In this document: positions 54,453-64,000 of the stretch, in pieces | Numbering within the stretch: position 1 is the first letter of the stretch | How the letters are laid out: each line of letters opens with the position of its first letter | Notes under the pieces: model-generated | Database searches by the model: none | The model's input: the letters and a program-made list of their open reading frames with translations, nothing else | Told to the model about the DNA's origin: nothing | Translations under genes and position numbers: made by a program | Assembly (NCBI GenBank): GCA_013265495.1 | Contig: MU058748.1 | Location: 186,001 to 250,000 of the forward strand | Direction: 5' to 3' | Source of the DNA: Vicugna vicugna | Lineage: Eukaryota | Length of the DNA stretch: 64,000 nucleotides

Positions 54453-56181
54453 ATAATTTAGTATCTTAAAATTGACTCCTAAATCAGAATTTATAATTTA
54501 CTTAGCAATTTGCAAGATTTCAGGGTTTTTTTATTTTTTATTTTTAAAAAATGTCCAGAAAGACAGTATTTTGTTTTTAAAGTTTCTCCCTGTGCTTCAA
54601 AATAGGACTTTGATATGGTGTCAAATGTTAGCTTGATGACGTGAATGGGAGTGGCTGAAAATTAGCATTCAACATTCAAGAGGCTTCTGTAGTTGTCTCC
54701 ATGTCCCTCTCAGGAAGACAAGAAAAATAGACAACTTTCCTGAGTGCCAAAAATGTCACTCTAGGATTGCAGAGACATTGGGAAAATTTGGTTTAATGAG
54801 AGATACATATGAATGTTGTAGACTTTCTGTAAGGACAGCACATATTTCTGGTTTTGACTTCACTCACAACTGTCTTCCTTATCATTCCATTTGGATTTTA
54901 TTAACTTTTTTTTAAGCCTCAGAGGAGTGACGTGGTGGCAAATTAGCAACTGCAAAGATGAGATGGTAAAATTGACTGTGACAGAAATCATTTAGAATTA
55001 AGGAAAACTATTTGATTCTGAGGAAGAAATACCTTTTAAGAGGGAAAAATAGTAAGTTTGCTGGCTTGTCTAAAATAGTAGGAGCACAGTTGGTTTGCTA
55101 GAATATTTTCTACATCCTCTCTGTTTTCCCATCTCAACTGACAGCTCCTGACTTCAGCTTCCCTCTTCTCAGACAGCGTGCTGACATATCTTGGTCTCTC
55201 CTCACCCCAATTCACTTTCTCTAAACTCTCCCTCAGGAAAACTGAAATGTCATCTTTTGACTCTGAAAAAGATCAACTCATCATCAGGAATTCATTTCTC
55301 CCTCATACCATTCTTCACTATATTGTTTGGATGTACATACACAATTATATTAACAGGATTATGAGAAATGAATGAAGTCATTATTTTTAGTTGCCTTCTT
55401 TTATAATTCAGTTAAGTGATTTCTCACAATTATCACTCAGAGGGAACTGATTACTCTGGTGATCTGATTTTTTTTTCCCCAAAACAATCCCCCCCCCAAA
55501 ACCACTATGGCTTGCAAATTTCCAGTGGCTCAGTTCCCAGTAATGGAGGAGGCATGAAATTTTAACATATTCCCACAAACCACTTGTCATTGCTCTACCC
55601 AATATATTGGTTAAGTCTGGATTAGGAATAGGTTGGCATTACTGTTAAAAAAAAAAAAAATCTGACATGCCATAGTTTATGGTGGAGAAAACTCCCTCCC
55701 ATTTCTTTATTTTAGTTTTTTCAGTCAAGTTGGTTCTGTGAGTTTGGCCTTTTGATAGCAAATGTTAAATTCTTTGTAAACATCTAGTCAGTTTCTAACA
55801 GAATCTCTGTGATTGTCCATATAGAATAGCATTCAGGATTTAAACCATTTCTCTTTGTCTCAAAACCTCTTTAATTTTGATTGAAAATTCTATGTAGATG
55901 GAGGGTCAAGTCTCATCTGGAATCTCAGTAGAGCATAGAACAAAAGGATCCATCAGTTAGTTTAGAGATAGGAAAAGTCCAAAGAAAAGGCATGGAGGGG
56001 TCATCAGTGGAAGGGATCAGAGATAGAAAGAGTGATGTTGATGAAAATTAAGTCCAGAAATGGAGATCTCTCATTTGAAAAGGATCAGTTCCTCTGAGTT
56101 ATTAGAGATCTGGGTGGAATCCAGTAGAGAAACCTGGGTACAAATAGAGGTTAAACATCTGAGGAAGCAGGCACAACTTAC

Positions 56182-56226
56182 AGGAATTTTGCCTGGCAGG
56201 AGAAACTGATATTTGAGAAATTGTGT
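56182..56226 (-). pseudogene. 45-nt exon (TQFLKYQFLLPGKIP if phase 0)
   Basis: tttttctcctgatgctcctgttag ... CCT|gtaagt; all three frames are open. Confidence 0.55.
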
Positions 56227-57578
56227 CTAACAGGAGCATCAGGAGAAAAAACTCATGCCTGAGTGTCAGTAATGATCTCCACTGCACAGTGCACTCTTTT
56301 TCTGATAGTGAATGGAAAGTAGATACAGTCTCTGATTTACATAAGCAAACAGATTGTTCATTCTGCAATAAAATATCAGAGCCAAATACATCTTAAATAA
56401 TGGCCAGAATTAAAATGAGATAGAAGACATATTCAGTCGCAGTTAGGAAAGGAATTTAGTGACCTAAGCATAGTCGTTAGAAACTAAGCCGAAAACTTGA
56501 AATCTGAAGCCTCTCCTTATTAAAGAAAATATCGAGTTGTGTTCTGTGAAGTTAGATTCCAACAATTGGTTCCTCAATAAATGTGACAAGTTCTTAAGGC
56601 TAATGCAAAATTACTTGTATAAAATTCAGGAAAACTTACAGCATTTAATAAACTTTTTTTTTGAGGGGAGAACATTTGGGTGTTTTTGTTTCTTCAGTTT
56701 GGAAATTTGGCTTCTAAATTCCCAGTGCCTTTTCTGGATATTATCCCATAGTCTGAATACATTCCAATAAGAGAGGTGAAGGCAGCTTTACCTATATATG
56801 CAAATGCCACATATTACAAAGAGTCCTTCAACTATTATGGAATAATGTAGGTTAAAATTGAACTCTCCAACTGTCTCATATATCACGTTGACAGGGAATA
56901 TATTTTTAACGTATTCCTGTATGTGAGAAATTTTTGAACTTTTCTAACAGTGGCATTATCCCGTTCAAACACAGTACTTTGTGTAGCCTAAATGTATAAA
57001 GTAGATAAAAGGGTGATTTGGACGTAGCTGGTGAGGTTGAGGTTTATCCAGCATAACTCTGACCACTTTCTCTCCCTATCAGCCTCCACAGTGGCACCAG
57101 GTAACTCTGGAGAATTGTAGTGTTCTCTAGAATGTAGTTTAAAACCACTACTGTCACTCACGTAAACTTCAGCCACTAAAATGTCATACTCTTGGATCAC
57201 AGTCGTTTCTTACAGGTCATTTGTAAGCCATTGAGAAATCATTTTGCTTCCTGCCCCCCAACTAATTTTAGTGAGAAAATAATGGCACACGGTAGAAAGA
57301 AATTGAAATGGTGAAAAAATGTTTATATAAAAATGAGTCAGCTTCCAGTTCTTATATCCCTATTGTAGTTTCCAGGCATATTTTTGTTAATAGCTTCTTA
57401 TGACTCCTTCCAAAAATAGCTCATGCACATGCATATGCCTGTGCAGGTATGTGCACATGCACCCCCAGCATGTTCCCTTTTTATACGAATGAGAAAATTA
57501 AAAGTGCACTGATGTGTACTTTGCTTTATGCACCTAAGAAGTATCAGCATTCTCTCCATGTTTTTCTGCCAGTCTTAC

Positions 57579-57857
57579 TTGAATTTGCTCAGGAAATGCT
57601 TGTTCCCTTGAGCCTAAGTTGAGCTGGAGCAGCTGAATTGTTTGGAATCTTTGCCCAAGTGGTCTTTCATGGCAATGTTCCTCTCGATAGGACAGTCTCA
57701 GGGCAGCATCCCCAAAAGTGCTACAGCTCTGTTGAGGTCCAAGTTTTCGAACTCACAGGATGTTACTTCTGCCTCCTCCTGCTGATTGAAGCAGTTAACA
57801 AGGCTGGACCAGATATAAGGTGAAGTGAAGTAAGTTCCTCTTCTTGAATGGCAGGAG
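57579..57857 (-). pseudogene. Exon, 279 nt, LLPFKKRNLLHFTLYLVQPC*LLQSAGGGRSNIL*VRKLGPQQSCSTFGDAALRLSYREEHCHERPLGQRFQTIQLLQLNLGSREQAFPEQIQ
   Basis: Acceptor tattatttgcag, donor CAA|gtaaga, 93 codons, two stops. Confidence 0.6.
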
Positions 57858-58189
57858 CTGCAAATAATATATAGATGTATTTAATTGACCACAATCTCGA
57901 AAAGAGAGAAGATAAACCAAAAATACCTTGTAATAGGAAAAACATATAAAATATTTAGTGTACTACCTGGATTTTCAATACACTTTCAACAAATAATGGG
58001 CTGTTTTTACCACTGTAATTGTTATTTTTGAAGACTTCTCACCAACCAGTTATTGATAAATTCAGAATATGTAATCTGGTTATATGATACACAGTTTTGT
58101 ATTTTTTCTCCAGACAGTGGCTCTGGTTGGTATGTGTTTCCAATTCTGCTTCAAAGTTAAAAGTAATTTCATTCTGAACTTCCACCTCC

Positions 58190-58420
58190 TCTATTCCCAC
58201 CACTGGTTTCCACGGTCTCCTTTACTCCTCTTTGTCTCTGCAGTACGTATCACCATTTAACATAAATGTTTCATTTATCCTCCCTTATATCTAGAATGTA
58301 ATCTTTGTGTGAGTAGTAACTTTGTTTTCTTCCCTCCTGTGACCCCAGGAACTAGAAACTAACTGATACTTACTAGGTGTTCAATATGTGTAGGGTGCAG
58401 GGATGCGTGAATGAATGATT
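58190..58420 (+). mobile_element. L2 3' end
   Basis: ctagaatgtaa ... taggtgttcaatatg ... gtgaatgaatga. Confidence 0.7.
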
Positions 58421-61400
58421 ATTTCACCTGCTTCATAGCCCCATTCCATATCAATGAAGAGGAGCATAAGCAGTGGCGCGTTAACCACATTGATTTTCTT
58501 GTAAAACTGAATTAGCAAAACTTGTTTAACCTCTGTAGCGTTTTGAATATTTGGTTTTCTTTTGCTGAAACTTACATTTCAAAGCGAGAATTCCCTCCTT
58601 ACCCCAGAAAAAGGGATTATCTACTAGACAACGCATTGCTTTCTGTGCATTAAAAACATTCTTGAAATAAGTCAAAATGCATCATAAACTCAGAGTACAT
58701 TTTTAAAAATGGTATTTTTACCTCTTAGCTCAATGTTAAGGAACTTGTTATGTTTAAGAACCCCACCAATCCTAATATACTTTCTGAAGTTCTCCTATAA
58801 TGTGGAATAATGGAATAATGACTATTTTCTCTTTATATATTTATTGAAAAAGTCAGATGTAGAATAATTTAACTGGTGAAAAGCATCTATGAATGATAAT
58901 ACCTCATAATAAAGGGCTGTATTTGCGCATTGCCATTAATATGGAAAGCAGAATGGGGTTACTTTGCTTGAAATCAGAAGTGTAAATGTGTGAAATGTGT
59001 AAAAAAAAAAAAAAAGGCTTTACAATGACATGATAAGTTACTGGGCAATAAGATGATTATTAAAAAAATTTCCTTCTCAGTGGAAAATACTGCTATTGCT
59101 AAAATCATTCTCTTTACATGGGATAAAATGACTTTTAATACAGAATATAAGAAAGATTTCAAGGTAAATATTATAAAAACACTCTTCTAATTTACTTTAT
59201 GAAGTTAGCTGATACAAGTAGAGATAATTCATCTCAGTGAACACAAATATTAAACATTTTATAAAAGTAAAGACCTGGATGTAAATCTGAGGTGGGTTTT
59301 TTTTGTGTTTTGTTTTGTTTTTCCCTATTCCCTTTTTTCCCTAAGGAGTCTGATGGGTCTTTGGAAAGTAAAAGGTTTTTCAAAGATGGCTTTTTTGCCG
59401 TGACTAATATTGTCACAAAGTAGTTTTTCTTTTTTCCAATCTATAAATTATTTATCTCACATGATTTGAAAATAGAGCTATGAGGAAGGTAAAACATGTC
59501 ACTATATGCATTTTTCAGGTGGAATCGATGATATTTTACATGACAAACAAGCCATGCAGCTAATATGTAGCTGAGCTGAGGCTGGAATCTGGGCACTTGA
59601 ACTTGTAATCCATTGATCCTCCGACCGTAACAGCAGCCTCCATACACTCGACACTCATAATCTGTGACTTCATAAAATCTTCACAAGAACCTTGTATAGT
59701 AAAAGTTATTAGCTTCATTTTTCAGATTGCAGGATTGGGGTTAAAAGGCCTTAAGAGTGGGCACTTAAACCCAAGATTGTCTGCATTTACAAGATTTTTC
59801 TTTCATCCTTTGTAACCTTTCTGAGTATGTTGTGTGGACACTCATTTCTCGTGTTTTTAGCAGTTTACTAAAACTATTACTGCACTAAGATTTAAGGATT
59901 GATCATATATATAGTTGCTTGTGTACTGTGGATATATAGCTCCCAGTCTTCCATCTTTTTCTCTTCTCTTTTTCTTTTTTACCCACCGTGCCAACTACCA
60001 CCAAATGGAAAATATCAATGTGCTGTGGTGTCATTTACTCCTTCTTAAGTTCAAGGTGCTCACATTTTTATTCTGAATAAAATTACCTCATTGATTTTTC
60101 AAATCCTATAAGGTGAAAAGCCTAGGACGATGTGAGAATTCACCAAGGGGAGCAGTGACTTTAAGATGATTTGCGACTGTTCTTCAAATAGAACAGAGAA
60201 TATTAGGAATTATTTCCTGTGAGGATAATGCTGATGTTCATCTCTTTAAAAATCTTACAAGAATAGAAGCTATATTCATTCTTCACGAGCCAAAATACCT
60301 TTGTCATATATATGGGTGCTAAGATAATAATAAAAAAAAATTCTGAGAACCGATTTGGGCAAGAATTAGAAATAGACTGCATTTGTGAATAATTGGCCAT
60401 CTCAACTCCAGTTAATCAGTTCAAACTCTGTTGAAGACAGAATGACATAGAGCACCCATAGTTCCACTCTGTGAGCCTGTGCATTGAATTAGCATAGAGA
60501 TGGAAATGAGTATGTCTTTCTCAGGTCCAGGACCTATGCTTTGGCAAGAAGAGCAACATTTTCTTTTCCATCAACTCTCGTTGTTCTATTAAGGACTTTA
60601 ATATGTCATTTCAATTATGCTGGATGGATAATCTCATGATGCTATCAACACCTTGGTTGTCTGACAAAAAATTGTAAATAAGATAATACTTGTTAAGAGC
60701 TTTTCATTAAAAAAAAAGACATGAAGGATTTTTAAGGCTTAAGGTTATAGACATAATGGGGAATAACTGGTACACACCACAATTCAAGAAATCATTCTTA
60801 ATTTAAATCATTACATACTTTTGAAATACAGCTCTTTAAATATTTGAATACTTATCTTGAAAAAATAAGGCCATTTGGGTTTGAGAAAACAATGTTATAA
60901 AAAATGTTCATAATCTCTCAAGATTATAACATAACCTTCAAGTGTCTGTATTTTGTGTACATGACATTGAACTGACTATACACATACATTTGCTTTACTT
61001 ACATGTACAGAATTTTTCCTGTCATGTAATTCTTTGACACACTTGAGCTTTATCATAATAATAAGTCTTGCAAATTTCCTACATTAAAGGTAATTATCCT
61101 TCAAGATTTAAGATAGTTATTTATGAAGTCAGTGAACTTGAATTCTTTACAAATATCTTTGATCCACATTTGGTGTACTTAACTACCATACTGAATAGGG
61201 AATTTTCAAATCTGCTTTGTTCTAAATCTTAGTTCTATTTATCTTTTAACATAATGTCACAAAATATTTTTACTTTTGAAGATTGGAATAGTATTTTATT
61301 AGGCAGCTTGATCAATTAGAGAAACAAAAAAGAAGAAAGGACCAAGGAAAGAAAATAGAGGGGAAGTGATTTTTTTTAATACTATTAAAAAAAAAAAAGA

Positions 61401-62439
61401 TTCAAGTCAGTTTCATTAGTGTTAATGATGATTCATTTCTCCATCCAAATGTGCGTATTTAAAATTTCATTTCTACTCATCAACCACAAATTATAAGTGT
61501 TTCATTTAAGAAACACACAGCTTGACTATTTCATAGCCTTCCTTTGAAATTAAATTTTAAAATATAAACATTAAATTTAATAAAAGTGAAACATAGATAT
61601 TAGTTTATCAAATTATGCACTGGTAGTATGAAATCTTACATGTCCAAGTTTTAATTTGGGAGACTTACTTTCCTTTAAAGTCTGAAAAGAGTTTCAGATT
61701 TTGAGATCTGAAATAGAAAATATTCAGTAAAAGAAAATATTCAGGAAAAGTTTTCAGGTATTTCCTCTTTGGTAAGTACAATAAATAATCTGAGACTGGC
61801 CTGGAATTTCCTTCTAGATGCACTTACTTGCAGGGAATGTAAACAAGTCAGTGAATTATTATTTAACACTTTATTACCTTTAAGAGAACCATTTTAACTA
61901 TTATATTTATTGAAAATGTGACACTGTACTCCTCTTTTATTATGCCTTTTTGCATAATAGATGTATTCTATATATTACATTTGCTATTATGTCATATGGT
62001 TAAAACCTAATGACACATATTTTTGTATGTGCTTTTATAGGAAAATTCAGGCATAATCACTCTACACCTTTCTATCAACACAGAGTTCTTGTTTGTCCAG
62101 ATCTAAGAGGGGTATTTTCTAGAGCTTCATAGGGAAGAGCACAGATTCTGGTTCCCTCAGCCAGTCAGATGTATTTACAAAAGATGAGAAATAATTCAGG
62201 CCAACCAGAGATGAGTGTCAAAACAAATATGTCTATGAGCATCATTGAGAGACTTTTATCAGCTACTTCAGAGCCCAAAGGTGAAATATGAAAAGCTGCA
62301 AAGGAGCTCATCTTTTTCTCTGAAACAAACCTAAGTCAGTGTGCCATGAAGACACACTGATGCTGTAATCAGTGTTATCAGCAGTGCCAAGATGAAGCTC
62401 CTTCAAGTAGGTTAACGGCCCTAAGATTGAGTTTAGGTA

Positions 62440-62889
62440 GCCGTATTCGTTTTCTGCAAATTTCTGGAAACTGAGCTGCTTAAACAACAGTTATTTTAGA
62501 GTTCAACAGATTAATTATTTTAGAATTCTGTAGGAAAGAATCCAACATGGGTCTCATTGGGCTAAAATGAAGACATCAGCCGGGCTGCGTGCCTCTCTGG
62601 AGACTAGAGCCGGGAATCCATCTCCCATTCCTTATTTTGTCATTCCTTCCTTCACCTACAAACCCAGCATTGGTGGCTTTCACATTGCAATATTCCAACC
62701 TCTTCTCTGAGCCCTCATTCTACTTTTTAGGGTTCCTGGGATTACATGGGACCCACCAGGACAATCTCCCTGTTTTAAGTTCAGCTGATTAGCAGCTCTT
62801 AATTCTCTTTTTTCATCCAAACTAACACATTCACAGGTTCCAGGGACTAGGATGTGGGCATCTTTGGAAACCATTATTCTGCCTACCAT
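62440..62889 (-). mobile_element. MLT1C/D-like (MaLR) LTR
   Basis: tcagctgattagcag, ttcacaggttccagggactaggatgtgggcatctttgg, cattattctgcctacca. Confidence 0.85.
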
Positions 62890-64000
62890 GGCAGGGGAGC
62901 TCAGAACAATAGAAAAAACAGGGCAGATACCTGTGTGCCAGGTTACCAGTCTGCTTTGTGACTAGAACAATAGGAATTGTCTTGTATAACAACGATGGAA
63001 AACTTGACTCAAATAGGCTCAAGAAAATAGAATTTCTCAGCTTTCATAGTCTAAGATTTCCAATAGTAGGATGAGTACAGCTACAGCTGAATATGGGGAT
63101 TCAAACCATGTACTTCAGGATCTCATTTCTCCTTCATCTCTAACCTGAACTTCTCCAGTGCTGCCTGCTTTCTCAGAAGGGCTTTCTTTCAAAAACCTAA
63201 AACTGTCTCCCCCAGCCAACTAGCAAGAGGACTCCTAGGACGGGGCCATTGGGCAGGGGACAAGCTAGTTTGTGGTAAGTGGCTGAGGGAGCAGAGAAGC
63301 TTTCTTTTTTCCCTTTTTTTTTTTTTTTCTTCATTTCTTTTCGGCTTTTCACCTCAAGGGCAGTACCATCTCTTCTCCAAAGCGATTTGCAATACTAACA
63401 TTCTTGAAAAGAGGCCTAGAACAGTAGCCGTTACTGCTTTTGCTCACAGGATGCACAGAAGCTGGAGAGACGCACGGAAAACACTCCATCTTAAGGACTT
63501 CTCTTATCATTAATTATCTGGCTTGTAGTATCAGATAATTCTTAAATTCTTCAAACTGTATCCTAAAACCAATTTATTCACATATTTCTTACAATTTTTC
63601 CCTTTGTCTCTTTAGTGTTGTTTTTAATCTATTATTAACCACTGAATACTCTTTGGATAACTCTAATGCCAATCACTGTAATTCTTCTTGCCCCCATAGC
63701 ATGCCTGTCATTTCATGAGAAGTTTATATGTTTTGGGTAATAGCTGCATTTATTTTTCTTATGTGAGGGTAAGCTCTGTACCTAGTTGTTTTTCTCTGAA
63801 AGTTTGCAGTGGCCTGACTGTCTCTGTCTCACTTTTTTTTTTTTTTTAAATCCTTTTGATAGTAAGTTAATGGCTTTCATTGTTTCTTGTGCCTACATTT
63901 ACAGTGCTTTATCCTTTGATGATTATTGCTTTATTTTTCTTTGTTGTCTAATACTGGACATTTCTAGAATGACTAACTTCTGCAGGAAAGCCGATGTTCA

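Larger units (their letters stand above)
7240..57857 (-). pseudogene. Multi-exon minus-strand gene with scattered in-frame stops (probable unitary pseudogene of an unrecognised protein); 5' end probably outside the window
   Basis: Chain of AG..GT-bounded exons with compatible phases. The 3' nine exons splice to 801 nt (267 codons) with 3 internal stops and open runs of about 135 and 101 codons across several junctions. A terminal TAA is followed by AATAAA. The 5' half is less certain. Confidence 0.7.

Noticed and set aside
1..64000. CRISPR arrays, tRNA/rRNA genes, operons or other prokaryotic systems
   Set aside because: The sequence is mammalian intronic and repeat DNA; I saw no spaced repeats or structured RNA genes.

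Overview
AT-rich mammalian genomic DNA, probably camelid (a young LINE-1 3' end resembles camelid L1 from recall). There is no CpG island and no prokaryotic content. Much of the window is old interspersed repeat: L1, L2, MIR, MaLR/ERV LTRs, MER5A and Tigger. None of the six-frame ORFs is a gene on its own. The main hidden structure is an unidentified multi-exon gene on the minus strand, found by chaining canonical AG/GT splice sites. Nine phase-compatible exons from 17820 to 7438 give 267 codons with only three internal stops, ending ...SLPQVEPLY* with AATAAA about 190 nt downstream. Further exon candidates, several of them microexons, run up to at least 57.9 kb. It looks like a decaying unitary pseudogene, or a gene partly rescued by exon skipping. 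It lies tail-to-tail with the probable last exons of an unidentified plus-strand gene (2.3-6.7 kb). Also present are a probable 5'-truncated mRNA retrocopy inside an L1, a solo LTR nested in an L1, a young L1 stub with a 16-bp target-site duplication (TSD), and a recent 118-bp tandem duplication. All repeat family names come from recalled consensus sequences, not from a search.
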